Of a stretch of 64,000 nucleotides of DNA, positions 17,828 to 28,152 are shown in pieces (the first letter of the stretch is position 1; every line of letters starts with the position of its first letter). Source of the stretch: Candidatus Lustribacter sp. Its GTDB lineage: Bacteria > Vulcanimicrobiota > Vulcanimicrobiia > Vulcanimicrobiales > Vulcanimicrobiaceae. The position numbers were made by a program, and so were the translations under genes. The stretch lies in the NCBI GenBank assembly GCA_965277805.1, contig OZ255842.1, positions 352,001 through 416,000 of the forward strand. Reading direction: 5' to 3'. The notes below the pieces were generated by a model that was given only the letters and a program-made list of their open reading frames with translations, did not search any database and was not told where the DNA came from.

Positions 17828-19024
17828 ATGGACGTCGTCGACGGCCGAACGCAAGTCACTAACGGGGATCTTTATTCCACCAAGCCCGGAACGCTGGCGG
17901 GCCGGTATTTGCGGCGTTTTTGGCAGCCTCTGGGCCGTTCGCAAGACGTGCACGTTGGCCGAGCGTATACGATGAAGATCATGTCCGAACTCCTCACCGT
18001 CTATCGCGGTGAGAACGGACGCGTACACGTCGTGCAATCGCACTGCCCGCATCGTGCGACGCTGCTCTCGACCGGCTGGGTCGAAGGTGACGCACTGCGC
18101 TGCCACTATCACGGCTGGAAGTATGACGAGACCGGACAGTGCGTCGAGCAGCCGGGCGAGGACGCGGGCTTTGCCGCGAAGATCTGCCTGCGCACGTATC
18201 CCGCGCAAGACTACCTCGGCCTCGTGTTTGTGTATTTGGGTGAAGGCGAGGCGCCGCCGATTCGTCGCTTCTCGGATTTCGAGGCGCCGGGCGTGGTCGA
18301 AGTACCGGCGTTGATCGAGTACTGGCCGTGCAATCTCTTCAACCGGATCGACAACGCCGGCGATCCGGGCCACATCGCATACACGCACAAAGAGTCGCTG
18401 CGCCGGAACACCGGCTTCAAACTTTCGCCGCCCAACTGCTCGGTCGAAGAGACGGAGTACGGTACGCGAGCGTTTGAAAAACTCCCCGACGGCACGACGA
18501 TCTACCCGTCGCACTTCCACATGCCGAACATCAACCAAGTCGGTGCGCGGGCGCAGTTCAAGAGCGCGAGCGGCGAGATGAAGTTCGTTACCGGCGAGCG
18601 TCTGTTTTTTCGCGTGCCGGTCGATGACGAACATTCGGTGAGTTATACGGTCGAGTATTTTCCGCTCGAACCCGACGATGCGTCGGCCTATCTCGCCACG
18701 CGGCCGGACCGTCAGGATCAGCGCCTGCCGGAGCTGCGCGCGCATAGCGAAGCCATCTTGCGCAACGAAACGACGGTCGAAGACGCCGACCCCACGTTCA
18801 CCACCCAGCAGATGTTCTGGATCGAAGATTATATGGTGCAGGTCGGACAGCTACCGATCTCCGACGATCGCGAAGAGCACTTGGGCCGCACCGACATGGG
18901 CATCATTCTCATCCGGAAGTTGTGGCGGCGCGAGCTGCAAGCGCTGGCCGATGGCCGCCCACTACAGAATTGGACCGCACCGGCGGGCCTGAATGCACTC
19001 GGTTTGACGGGAGGTACGAAATGA
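17828..19024 (+). CDS. Rieske non-heme iron oxygenase (phthalate 4,5-dioxygenase / LigX-like)
   Basis: GRYLRRFWQP, CPHR...CHYHGW Rieske motif, DPGHIAYTH iron site, EHLGRTD; GGAGG RBS. Confidence 0.9.
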   Translation: MDVVDGRTQVTNGDLYSTKPGTLAGRYLRRFWQPLGRSQDVHVGRAYTMKIMSELLTVYRGENGRVHVVQSHCPHRATLLSTGWVEGDALRCHYHGWKYDETGQCVEQPGEDAGFAAKICLRTYPAQDYLGLVFVYLGEGEAPPIRRFSDFEAPGVVEVPALIEYWPCNLFNRIDNAGDPGHIAYTHKESLRRNTGFKLSPPNCSVEETEYGTRAFEKLPDGTTIYPSHFHMPNINQVGARAQFKSASGEMKFVTGERLFFRVPVDDEHSVSYTVEYFPLEPDDASAYLATRPDRQDQRLPELRAHSEAILRNETTVEDADPTFTTQQMFWIEDYMVQVGQLPISDDREEHLGRTDMGIILIRKLWRRELQALADGRPLQNWTAPAGLNALGLTGGTK

Positions 19025-20196
19025 CAATTCGCCGCGCTGCGGTTGCGGTTTTCCTGGCGGTGCTGCTCACGGCCGCGTCGCCGTTTGCGCGCGCCGCGGA
19101 CCCGGTCGAGATCAACGTGCTCGTCGGCACCACCGGATATACCGCATTCGTCGGCCAGGAGCAGTTGCAGGCGCTCAAGGCGCTGCAAAGCTACGTCAAC
19201 GCGACCGGCGGCATTCGCGGCCGGCCCTTGTCGTTCGTCGTTGCCGATGACCAAAGCAATCCGAAGGTCTCCGTGCAACTCGCGCAAGGTCTCATTGCCA
19301 AACACGTGCCGTTGATTCTCGGCCCGTCGGGACCGGATGCGTGCGCGGCGATTTCGCCGCTGGTCGTACAGAACGGACCGGTGCTCTATTGCCTTTCACC
19401 CACGGCGCAGGCACAGGCCGGCGGCTACGTGTTCCTCACGCAGCTTTCCGGCGAGTCGGGAATGGCCGTCAACGTGCGCTACCTGCGCGAACGGGGCTTG
19501 CGTAAGATCGCGTTCGTGGCCTCCACCGATGCGACCGGGCAAGATGCGGAGCGCGCGCTGAACGCCGTGCTTGCGCGCCCGGAGAACGCGACGGTGCAGG
19601 TCGTCACCCGGCAGCACTTCGCACCGGCCGATCTCAGCATCGCGGCGCAAATGGCTGCGCTCAAAGCGGCAAGTCCCGATGCGCTGATCGCGTGGTCCGC
19701 GGGAACGCCGGCGGGAACGCTCTTCCGCAGCCTGCACGATAGCGGCATCGACCTCCCGACGGTGACGTCGGCCGCGAACCTCAACCCGCTCTTCTTCAAG
19801 CAGTACGGTCAGTTCGCACCGCGGGACCTGTACTTCAACGCGGTGCCGTATTATGGCGGTAAGATCGTGACGAACGCACCGACAAAAAATGCACTCGCAA
19901 CGCTGACGCGCGAGCTCGCGAAATCCGGTGCGAAGCCCGATCAGATCGAAATCAGCGCGTGGGATCCGGCAATGATCGTCGTCGATGCGTTGCGCAAACT
20001 CGGCCCGGATGCGACGGCGGCGCAGCTGCACGCGTATCTGTCGGGCTTGAACGGTTACGCGGGGGTCAACGGGCCTTATGATTTCAACCGTTTCCCGCAA
20101 CGCGGGCTCGGTGAAAACTCCGCGCTCGTGGTGCGCTGGGATACGGGGCGCGGCGAAGCTGCTGCAGTCAGCCGCTTCGGCGGCGAGCCGCTTTAG
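19021..20196 (+). CDS. ABC transporter substrate-binding protein (LivJ/K-like)
   Basis: Signal peptide, VNATGGIRGRPL..VVADDQSNP, GVNGPYDF. Confidence 0.88.
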   Translation: MTIRRAAVAVFLAVLLTAASPFARAADPVEINVLVGTTGYTAFVGQEQLQALKALQSYVNATGGIRGRPLSFVVADDQSNPKVSVQLAQGLIAKHVPLILGPSGPDACAAISPLVVQNGPVLYCLSPTAQAQAGGYVFLTQLSGESGMAVNVRYLRERGLRKIAFVASTDATGQDAERALNAVLARPENATVQVVTRQHFAPADLSIAAQMAALKAASPDALIAWSAGTPAGTLFRSLHDSGIDLPTVTSAANLNPLFFKQYGQFAPRDLYFNAVPYYGGKIVTNAPTKNALATLTRELAKSGAKPDQIEISAWDPAMIVVDALRKLGPDATAAQLHAYLSGLNGYAGVNGPYDFNRFPQRGLGENSALVVRWDTGRGEAAAVSRFGGEPL

Positions 20197-20204
20197 GTTC
20201 GATC

Positions 20205-21422
20205 GTGGAGCATTCCATTCGCCTAGGCATTGCCGGGGCCGGTATCGCCGCGCTGCAAATCGTCGGCAATCTCAACGAGCTCGCGGGCAAAATCGTCATC
20301 ACGGCCGTGGCGGACATCCGTCGCGACAATGCGGAGTATTTTGCCGCAGCGGTCAAGCGTGATTTGACCATTTTCGAAGACGTCGGCGAGATGTGCGCCA
20401 GCGGTACGGTTGACGCCATCTGGATCGCAACGCCGAACGTTCTGCATGCCGAGCACGCGATCGCGGCCGCCGAGAACCACGTCCACATGATCTGCGAGAA
20501 ACCGATGGCGGTGACGCTCGAGCAGTGCCGGGCGATGGTCGAAGCCGTCGAGCGCAACGGCGTGAAGTACGTTCAGGGCCACTCGAAGGTGTACGATGCA
20601 CCGGTTCAGGCGATGGCGGCCATCGTGCGCAGCGGCCAGCTTGGGCGGCTGACGTCAATTCAAACGTGGAACTATAACGACTGGATGATTCGTGCCGTCA
20701 TGCCGTGGGAAGTCGATACGGACCAGCACGGTACGGGCGTGATCTTCCGGCAGGGGCCGCATCAGACGGACATCGTCCGCTACATCGGTGGCGGCAAAGT
20801 GCGCAGCGTGCGTGCCATTGCCGGGCGGTTCGAGCCGAATTTCCCCGATTGTGAAAGCACCTACACCGCGCTGCTTGATTTCGAGAACGGTGCCGCCGCG
20901 ACGATGGTCTTCGACGGGAACGGCTATTGGGATGTGTGCGAACTGACGTGGGAAACCGGCGAGGCCGGCCTGGTGGCGAAAAACACCGGCTCGGCCTTAC
21001 CGCGGCATCGGCCCGACGGGCCGGTGACGGCGGATGAGAAGTTCGCGCTGGTTCGGGGCGGTAATCCCTACGGATATGGCGAGGGCAGCGGCTGGCGCGG
21101 AGACGCACCGCCGCGCAATCCGTTCTTTGGATTGACCGTGGTGAGTTGCGAACACGGCGTGGTTCGGCAGTCGGTCGATGGGATCTACGTCTACGATCGA
21201 AACGGGCGGCGCGAGATTCCGGTGCTGCCGAACAAAGGCCGGACTGCCGAGCTGACCGATCTATATGAGGCGGTCGTGCACGATCGCCCGACGATGCTCG
21301 ACGTGCGTTGGGGAATGGCAACTTCGGAGGTGTGCATGGCGATCTTGCAATCGTCGCGTGAGCGGCGTGAGATACTGTTGCAGCATCAAACGGAAGTGCG
21401 GGTTCCAACCCATGCCGGCTAA
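20205..21422 (+). CDS. Gfo/Idh/MocA oxidoreductase (phthalate cis-dihydrodiol dehydrogenase-like)
   Basis: GIAGAG, IATPNVLHAEH, CEKPMA, FRQGPHQTDIVR, FGLTVVSCEHG, WGMATSEVC. Confidence 0.85.
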   Translation: MEHSIRLGIAGAGIAALQIVGNLNELAGKIVITAVADIRRDNAEYFAAAVKRDLTIFEDVGEMCASGTVDAIWIATPNVLHAEHAIAAAENHVHMICEKPMAVTLEQCRAMVEAVERNGVKYVQGHSKVYDAPVQAMAAIVRSGQLGRLTSIQTWNYNDWMIRAVMPWEVDTDQHGTGVIFRQGPHQTDIVRYIGGGKVRSVRAIAGRFEPNFPDCESTYTALLDFENGAAATMVFDGNGYWDVCELTWETGEAGLVAKNTGSALPRHRPDGPVTADEKFALVRGGNPYGYGEGSGWRGDAPPRNPFFGLTVVSCEHGVVRQSVDGIYVYDRNGRREIPVLPNKGRTAELTDLYEAVVHDRPTMLDVRWGMATSEVCMAILQSSRERREILLQHQTEVRVPTHAG

Positions 21423-22590
21423 ACACATCGCGCGTATCGCCGCGCTCGTTCTCGTACTCGCACTCGCGCCGCTATCGTCGCCCGGCGCCGACGCGCCGCC
21501 GATCGAGATCGACGCGATGATTTCGATGACCGGACCGGCCGCGTTTTTTGGCACGACCTACGCGAAGTCACTCAGCGTGCTCGAAGAAACGACGAACGCG
21601 AGCGGCGGCATCGCGGGGCGCCGCGTGCACTTCAACATTCTCGACGACGCCTCGAATCCGCAAACTGCCGTACAGCTCACGAACGACCTGATCGCACGCA
21701 AGCGCCCGGCGGTGCTCGGACCGATCCTGACGGTGACGTGCCAAGCGATGGCGCCGCTCGTGGAGCGCAATGGGCCGGTAAGCTATTGCGGTTCGCCGCT
21801 CATCGCGCCCGCACCCGGCAGCTACGTCTTCGGAGCGAGCTCGACGGGCGATGACATGATGGCCGTCGTCTTGCGGTTTTTCCGCTTGCGCGGAATGACG
21901 CGCATCGCCGTTCTCCAAACCCCCGATGCAACGGGCCAAGCCATCGACAAATCGCTCGACGTCGCGTTCGCGTTGCCCGAAAACAAATCCATGACGATGG
22001 TCGGGCGCGAATACTATGCGCCCGCCGACGTCAGCGTCACGGCACAGCTCGCTAAACTCAAAGCGCTGCACCCCGACGCCCTGATTTCGTGGGCCGTCGG
22101 TTCGCCCTACGGCACGGTCCTCCACGGTATGAACGACACGGGCCTGGACATTCCGGTCGTCACCGGCGCCGGCAACGAAACGATCGGCCAAATGACGCAA
22201 TACGCTGCGTTCTTGCCCAAGCACGTCTACTTCAGCGGCGGACTCGGGACGGCGCTTGGCGCAGACGTTCCACGCGCCGTCGCTGCCGCGCAAGCAACCT
22301 ATGCGAAGGCATTTACCGCCGCCGGCCTCACCGCAGACGGAAGCTACGCCGGCATGTGGGACCTCGCCCTCGTGTACCTCGAGGCCTACAAGCACTACAA
22401 CGGCACGCCGACTGCCGCGAACGTCCGCGATTACCTCGAACAAATGCGCAACTTCGGCGGCGTCAACGGCACGTACGACTTCCGCGCCAACCCGCAGCGC
22501 GGCCTCGGTCAGAACGCCGACATCATCACGACGTGGGACGCGCAAAAGAAAGCGTTCGTCGCCGCCGGTAAGCCCGGCGGCTATCGATAG
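21412..22590 (+). CDS. ABC transporter substrate-binding protein (LivJ/K-like), paralogue of 19021-20196
   Basis: Signal peptide, NASGGIAGRRV..ILDDASNP, GVNGTYDF...PQRGLG. Confidence 0.88.
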   Translation: MPAKHIARIAALVLVLALAPLSSPGADAPPIEIDAMISMTGPAAFFGTTYAKSLSVLEETTNASGGIAGRRVHFNILDDASNPQTAVQLTNDLIARKRPAVLGPILTVTCQAMAPLVERNGPVSYCGSPLIAPAPGSYVFGASSTGDDMMAVVLRFFRLRGMTRIAVLQTPDATGQAIDKSLDVAFALPENKSMTMVGREYYAPADVSVTAQLAKLKALHPDALISWAVGSPYGTVLHGMNDTGLDIPVVTGAGNETIGQMTQYAAFLPKHVYFSGGLGTALGADVPRAVAAAQATYAKAFTAAGLTADGSYAGMWDLALVYLEAYKHYNGTPTAANVRDYLEQMRNFGGVNGTYDFRANPQRGLGQNADIITTWDAQKKAFVAAGKPGGYR

Positions 22591-22611
22591 CCCGGGCTCT
22601 GCGTCAAGGGT

Positions 22612-23340
22612 TTAATGGCGAGCATCGTGTCCGCCGAGATAGATTGCTTGCACGCGCGGGTCGGCGGCGAGCTCTGCGGCCCGGCCCGTGAGCGAGACCT
22701 CCCCGTGCTCGAGGATGTACGCGCGGTCGGCGAAGCGCAGCGTGAGATGGGCATTCTGCTCGACCAGCAAGATCGAGGTGCCTTCGGCGCGCAGCGATGC
22801 GATGATCGCAAAAATGCTTTCAACCACTCGCGGGGCGAGGCCGGTCGACGGTTCGTCGAGCATCAGCAGCGACGGTTTGGCGACGAGTGCGCGGCCGATT
22901 GCCAGCATCTGCTGTTCGCCGCCCGAAAGTGCAAATGCGATCGAGCGCCGGCGGGCCGTGAGCGCGGGAAAACGTTCGTAAACCTCGGTCACCGCGAGAT
23001 CGACCTCCGCCTTCGTTCGTAAGAATCCACCCAGCCGCAGGTTGTCGTCGACGGTTAGTTCGGTGAACAGCCGCCGTCCTTCCGGCACGTGCAACAGTCC
23101 GAGTTTGACGATCGCTTCGGTCGAGAGCGCAGTAATATCCCGTCCGTCGAAAACGACGCTGCCATTCAGCGTGCGAGCTTCGCTGCGCGAGATCGCGCGC
23201 AGTAGCGTCGTTTTGCCGGCACCGTTTGCGCCGAGGACGGCCACGAACTCGCCCGCAGCCACTTCGAGTGAAACCCCCCGCAGGATCTGCAGCCGGCCAT
23301 AGCCCGCGTCGAGTTCGCGGACGATGAGGCGTTCGGTCAC
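22612..23340 (-). CDS. Branched-chain-type ABC ATPase (LivF-like)
   Basis: GANGAGKTT, HVPEGRRLF, LSGGEQQMLAIGRAL, LDEPS. Confidence 0.92.
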   Translation of the reverse strand: MTERLIVRELDAGYGRLQILRGVSLEVAAGEFVAVLGANGAGKTTLLRAISRSEARTLNGSVVFDGRDITALSTEAIVKLGLLHVPEGRRLFTELTVDDNLRLGGFLRTKAEVDLAVTEVYERFPALTARRRSIAFALSGGEQQMLAIGRALVAKPSLLMLDEPSTGLAPRVVESIFAIIASLRAEGTSILLVEQNAHLTLRFADRAYILEHGEVSLTGRAAELAADPRVQAIYLGGHDARH

Positions 23341-25070
23341 GCGCTCGCACCGAGGTACGCTGCGATGACGAGCGGATCGGCTTGCACGTCGCGCGGCGAC
23401 CCATCGGCGATCACCGAGCCGAACTCCAGGACGACGACGCGGTCGCTGACCTCCATCACGAGCTGCATGTCGTGCTCGATGAGCAGCACGGTGATCCCGT
23501 CGCGTCGCAGTGAGCCGATGTCTTCACGCAGGCGTCGGCGTTCCTGCGCGTTCAACCCGGCGGCCGGCTCATCGAGCAACAGCAAATCGGGCCGCCCCGC
23601 TGCGGCCCGCGCCAACTCAACGCGCCGGCGATCGCCAAAAGCAAGATCGCGAGCCGCGGTCTCGCCGAGCGGTGCAATACCGAAGCGCGTCAGCGCCATT
23701 CTTGGATCGACGGTCCGGTCACGCGTCGCGAAGGCGCTCGTTGCAACGTTTTCGGCTACGGTCATGTCGCCGAACAGCCGCGCGCCCTGAAACGAGCGGG
23801 CTACGCCCAGCCGTGCGATGCGGTGCGGTTCCCACGCGGTGACGTCGTGCCCGGCAATGAGGATCGTGCCCGCGTCGGCGTGGATAACGCCGTCGATCGC
23901 GTTGAACAGGGTCGTCTTTCCCGCGCCGTTCGGGCCGATCAGCGCTGTTACCGTTCCGTTCTGCAGCGTGAGCGAAACATTGTCAACCGCGACCAGGCCT
24001 CCGAAGCGTTTGGAGACTCCGCGCACCTCGAGCCAGGGAGTCGAAGCCGGCGCTTTAACCGGTGTGGCCACTTCCGTTGCTGCGGGCGCACCGGCTGCGG
24101 CCGCGGCGGGCTTGGCGCCGCGCCGGTGCCAGAGCAGCCCGACGAGACCATGTGGAAGAAAAATCGCGACGCAAATGACGGCGACGCCGTACGTGATCGG
24201 GCGAAGATTCTCGTACGAGTGCCCATAGAGATTCGTGAACGCGATGACGGTCGCGCCGAGGATTGCACCCGAGACGGTACCGGCTCCGCCGAGGATGACC
24301 ATCAAGAGAATGTCGATGGACACGGTCACGCCCACGGCATCGGGAACGACGAGCCCGAGAAATGATGCATAGAACGTGCCTGCGAGGCCGGCGAGAGCTC
24401 CGGCATATGCGAATACGCCGACGGTATACCGGCGCACGGGAATGCCGGCGACTTCCGCAGCGAGCGGGTCGTTTCGAATCGCTTCCAACGCGCGCCCGAT
24501 GCGCCCGCGTAGTATCGCCGTGGTAACGATGGCGGCAACCGCGACCAGCGACCACGCGTACCAGTAGGCGTTCGGACCGTTCAAGGTAATCGATCCGAAC
24601 ACCGGGTAGGGGACGTTCGTAATACCGCTTACGCCACCGAATGCCGGTACGTACCGCAAGAGCCCGATGACGATCGCATCGAATGCCAGCGTCGCCATCG
24701 CCAAATAGGGTCCCGAGAACCGAAGCGCGATGATGCCGAGCGCGAGACCGAGTACGCCCGCAATGACGGTGCCGAGCACGCTCGCGCAGAGAAATTGCGT
24801 GCCCGGCGAGATACCGGCCGGCCACGTGACCGACGCCGTCAGATACGCAACCGCATAGGCGCCGATTGCGAAGAAGCCCGCTTGTCCGATCGAGATCAGG
24901 TTCGCGTTGCCGAGGAGCAGCGAGAGCCCGATGGCAACCACCGCATAAAGTGCTCCATAGGTTGCGGCTTGAATGAGGGGCGTGTCGTGAGCGCCGGCGA
25001 TTCCGAAGACGACGACCAGCGCAGCGAAGACGCACTGGAGCCGCAGGTCGACGCGCAGACGCGCTTTCAA
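23337..25070 (-). CDS. Fused LivM-type permease / LivG-type ATPase
   Basis: SIGQAGFFAIGAY, YLAMATLAF, MVILGG; then GPNGAGKTT, LLDEPAAG, EHDM. Confidence 0.9.
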   Translation of the reverse strand: MKARLRVDLRLQCVFAALVVVFGIAGAHDTPLIQAATYGALYAVVAIGLSLLLGNANLISIGQAGFFAIGAYAVAYLTASVTWPAGISPGTQFLCASVLGTVIAGVLGLALGIIALRFSGPYLAMATLAFDAIVIGLLRYVPAFGGVSGITNVPYPVFGSITLNGPNAYWYAWSLVAVAAIVTTAILRGRIGRALEAIRNDPLAAEVAGIPVRRYTVGVFAYAGALAGLAGTFYASFLGLVVPDAVGVTVSIDILLMVILGGAGTVSGAILGATVIAFTNLYGHSYENLRPITYGVAVICVAIFLPHGLVGLLWHRRGAKPAAAAAGAPAATEVATPVKAPASTPWLEVRGVSKRFGGLVAVDNVSLTLQNGTVTALIGPNGAGKTTLFNAIDGVIHADAGTILIAGHDVTAWEPHRIARLGVARSFQGARLFGDMTVAENVATSAFATRDRTVDPRMALTRFGIAPLGETAARDLAFGDRRRVELARAAAGRPDLLLLDEPAAGLNAQERRRLREDIGSLRRDGITVLLIEHDMQLVMEVSDRVVVLEFGSVIADGSPRDVQADPLVIAAYLGASA

Positions 25071-25933
25071 TCGCGGACGATCCGGCGTCCGCCGAAGAGA
25101 CCCTGCGGCCGCAGCAGAAGCACCACGAGCAGTATCGCGTAGACCAGCGGGTCGACGAGGTCGTGCGCGAATCGCGAGCCGAGCAGCGTTTCGAACAAGC
25201 CCACTAGTAGCCCACCTGCCGTGCAGCCGATCGGCGATGCCAGTCCGCCGAGAATTGCGCCGACAAAGCCCTTCACCGTTATCGTTATGCCGTTCGATCC
25301 CCCGACGAGGGTGATCGGACCGACGATGGTGCCCGCGAAGGTTGCCAGCGCGATCGAAATCGCGGCGCTCACGCTGCGGGCCCGGTCGACGTTGATTCCG
25401 GCGAGTCGCGCGCCCACGGGGTCGTTGGCCGCGGCGCGGATCGCCTTCCCATAGACGGTGCGTTCGAAGAAGACGTAGAGCAGCGCCAGCATGATTGCCA
25501 GCAATGCGATGACCCAGATGCTTTGTACGGCGATCGTCGCGCCGCCGAGCTGCACTTGTTGCGCGGTGCTGAACGTCGGTAAGGGCTGCGGCTCGTTACC
25601 CCAGATCAACGCGTGTCCGTACAACAAAACGTAGACCGTTCCGATGGACGCGATCATTACGGCGCCCTCACTCACGCGTGCCGCGGCACGCAGGATGAAG
25701 CGCTCGTAGAGCCCGCCGAGAGCGAACCCGAGCACGGTCGATCCCAGGAGCGCTACCCAAACGTTGACGTGAAGCTGCGTGACGAACGAGAGGGCAAAGA
25801 GGCCGCCCAGAACGACAAAATCGCCCTGGGCAAAATTGATTGCCCGGGTGGCACGCAAAATGATGTGAATGCCCAGCGCAACGAGAGCATAGGTGCTCCC
25901 GACAGTAAGGCCGGCAACCAGGAGCTGTATCAA
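25067..25933 (-). CDS. LivH-type permease
   Basis: YALVALG, INFAQG, GKAIRA, ILGGL, RPQGLFG. Confidence 0.9.
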   Translation of the reverse strand: MIQLLVAGLTVGSTYALVALGIHIILRATRAINFAQGDFVVLGGLFALSFVTQLHVNVWVALLGSTVLGFALGGLYERFILRAAARVSEGAVMIASIGTVYVLLYGHALIWGNEPQPLPTFSTAQQVQLGGATIAVQSIWVIALLAIMLALLYVFFERTVYGKAIRAAANDPVGARLAGINVDRARSVSAAISIALATFAGTIVGPITLVGGSNGITITVKGFVGAILGGLASPIGCTAGGLLVGLFETLLGSRFAHDLVDPLVYAILLVVLLLRPQGLFGGRRIVRD

Positions 25934-25943
25934 GGACCTTGAC
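25929..25943. promoter_or_regulatory. Palindromic operator ATCAAGG-A-CCTTGAC over the livH start codon
   Basis: Perfect TCAAGG/CCTTGA IR; near-identical site at 29372-29386. Confidence 0.55.
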
Positions 25944-26046
25944 TCGCCCGGTTCATCGGCGGTATCTCCAGTTTGGCGCCGAATGTTTCCTGCGCCGTTG
26001 TCATCGAAACAAGGGCTCGTCGAAGAAGCGCCGGAAGGCGCGCGTG

Positions 26047-28152
26047 ATGAGAAGTTCGGACGACGGCATCTGGCGTTTGCTGCGACCGCAATCGATCGCC
26101 ATCGTAGGCGTCTCGCCGCAGCCCTCGTCGCCGGCCGTCACGATTCTGGGTAACATCGAGCGGCTGGGCTATCCCGCCACCGTGCACTTGGTGAGCCGCG
26201 GCCGCACCGAGGTCATCGGCCGGCCATGTGTTCCCAGCATCGACGACTTGCCGTCGGATCTCGACTTGGTCTTACTCTTGCTGCCGCGAGCCGCGGTGGC
26301 CGATGCCGTGGCGGCGTGTGCACGGCGGAAAGCCGGCGCGGTAGTCGTATTTGCATCCGGGTTCACCGAACTCGACGAGGCGGGCCGCATCGCGCAAGAA
26401 GAGATCGCCGCAACTGCGCGCGCGGCCGGCATTGCGCTCCTCGGACCGAACTGCCTCGGCTTCGTGAACTACCTCGACGGACTTGCGGTCCCGTTTTCCC
26501 GGTTCGAAGTGGAAAGCGATCCGCCGCCGCCCAAGGTCGCTTTTATCAGCCAGAGCGGCGGCACGCCGACGGTCGCGCGCTACTCGCTGGCCACAAAACG
26601 CATCGGTATCAGTTATCAGATCTCGACCGGCAACGAGGCCGTGCTGGGCATCGAGGACTTTATCGACCCAATGGTCGACGACGAACGGAACGTCGTCATC
26701 GCCTTGTTTTGCGAGCAGATTCGTAACCCGCGCCGTTTCTTGGCGGGTGCCGAACGGGCGCGTGCTAAGGGTAAACCGATCGTTATGTTGCAGCCTGGTG
26801 CGAGCGAAGGCGCGCGGGCATCGGCGCTTTCGCACACCGGCGCGCTCGTTGGAGACCACGCGCTCGTCCGTATGCTCGCGGAGAACGCCGGCGTGATTGC
26901 CGTCGATACGATGGAAGAGCTGGTCGACGTGATCAGCATGCTGGCGACATTTTCTCAAATTCCTGCGCGCGGTCCGGCGCTGATCACTGACTCCGGGGCG
27001 CTCAAGGGCGTCGAGCTCGACTTTTGCGAACACGTTGGATTGCCGGTACCGATTTTCAGCGCCGCCGCCGTCGACGCGATTCGTGAGGTGGTGCCGGACT
27101 TCGTGGCAGTCGAGAACCCGCTCGACGTGACGGCACACGCTCTGGTGGATACGGAGCTCTACGCAAAGGCAATAGCTGCGTTGGCGAATGACACGGCGAC
27201 CGGCAGTACGGTGGTCTCGCCGATTTTCGGGCAGGCGAAGATGGGTATCCAAAAAATTCGTTCGGTCTTGCCGGCGCTCGCCGCGGGGCGCGATCGCCGG
27301 CCGGCGGTTCTCGCGCTGTTGGCGTACGACGTTCTCATTCCGGATGAGATCGAGCGCGAAGCGGCCGACGCCGGCGTGGCATTTTTCCGTTCACCCGAGC
27401 GTGCCTTGCGCGCTCTCGGACACGTTACGCGTTACGGAGTTCGCTGCGCGCAAGCGCCGCCTGCGGTTCGAACGCTGCCCCCCGGGCTCGTACTCGACGC
27501 GCCGGGAATCGTTCCGGAATATCGCGCGAAGGCGTTGCTCGCGGCGACCGGCATCGCATTTCCACGCAGCAAATTTGTGGTCGACCTCAGCAGCGCGCAA
27601 CGCGCGGCCGCCGAGATCGGGTTCCCCGTAGCGCTCAAGCTGCAGTCGGCCGGGCTCGCGCACAAGACGGACGCCGGCGCCCTTGCGCTCGGGCTTGAAA
27701 GCGCGCGGGAACTCGACGAAGCCTGGGCCCGATTGCACGCGAACGTCGCGGCCGGAAGACTCGGCGCCGCTATCGACGGCGCGTTGATCGAAGAAATGGC
27801 ACGCCCCGGAGTCGAGCTCATTGCCGGGGCGCGGCGCGATCCGCATTGGGGGACGACGCTGGTAGCGGGACTCGGCGGCATTTGGGCCGAGGCGCTTCAA
27901 GACACGGTCGTCATTCCGAGCGATGCGGGCGAAGACGCGATCGTCAGCGCGTTGTTGCGTCTACGCGCGGCACCCGTGCTTGCCGGTATGCGCGGCGCGC
28001 CGCCGCTGGATGTCCGCGGTGCGGCGCGCGTGCTCGCGACGCTGGGCGCGCTCATGGACGCAACACCGGGCATCATCGAGATCGAATTGAATCCGATCCG
28101 GATCTACCCGGACGGGGTGCTCGCCCTCGACGCGCTGATCGTTGCGTCTTAG
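26047..28152 (+). CDS. Acetate--CoA ligase (ADP-forming) family acyl-CoA synthetase
   Basis: PQSIAIVG, GPNCLG, SQSG, STGNEA, phospho-His SHTGAL, ENPLD, HKTD, ELNP. Confidence 0.9.
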   Translation: MRSSDDGIWRLLRPQSIAIVGVSPQPSSPAVTILGNIERLGYPATVHLVSRGRTEVIGRPCVPSIDDLPSDLDLVLLLLPRAAVADAVAACARRKAGAVVVFASGFTELDEAGRIAQEEIAATARAAGIALLGPNCLGFVNYLDGLAVPFSRFEVESDPPPPKVAFISQSGGTPTVARYSLATKRIGISYQISTGNEAVLGIEDFIDPMVDDERNVVIALFCEQIRNPRRFLAGAERARAKGKPIVMLQPGASEGARASALSHTGALVGDHALVRMLAENAGVIAVDTMEELVDVISMLATFSQIPARGPALITDSGALKGVELDFCEHVGLPVPIFSAAAVDAIREVVPDFVAVENPLDVTAHALVDTELYAKAIAALANDTATGSTVVSPIFGQAKMGIQKIRSVLPALAAGRDRRPAVLALLAYDVLIPDEIEREAADAGVAFFRSPERALRALGHVTRYGVRCAQAPPAVRTLPPGLVLDAPGIVPEYRAKALLAATGIAFPRSKFVVDLSSAQRAAAEIGFPVALKLQSAGLAHKTDAGALALGLESARELDEAWARLHANVAAGRLGAAIDGALIEEMARPGVELIAGARRDPHWGTTLVAGLGGIWAEALQDTVVIPSDAGEDAIVSALLRLRAAPVLAGMRGAPPLDVRGAARVLATLGALMDATPGIIEIELNPIRIYPDGVLALDALIVAS

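Noticed and set aside
22603-22617. GTCAAGG half-site resembling the MarR-type operator
   Set aside because: No matching right half, and it lies between convergent 3' ends.
27910-27923. GTCATTCCGAGCGA, identical to the left end of palindromic copy 1
   Set aside because: Only 14 nt, inside the CoA ligase reading frame, with no partner arm; likely chance.
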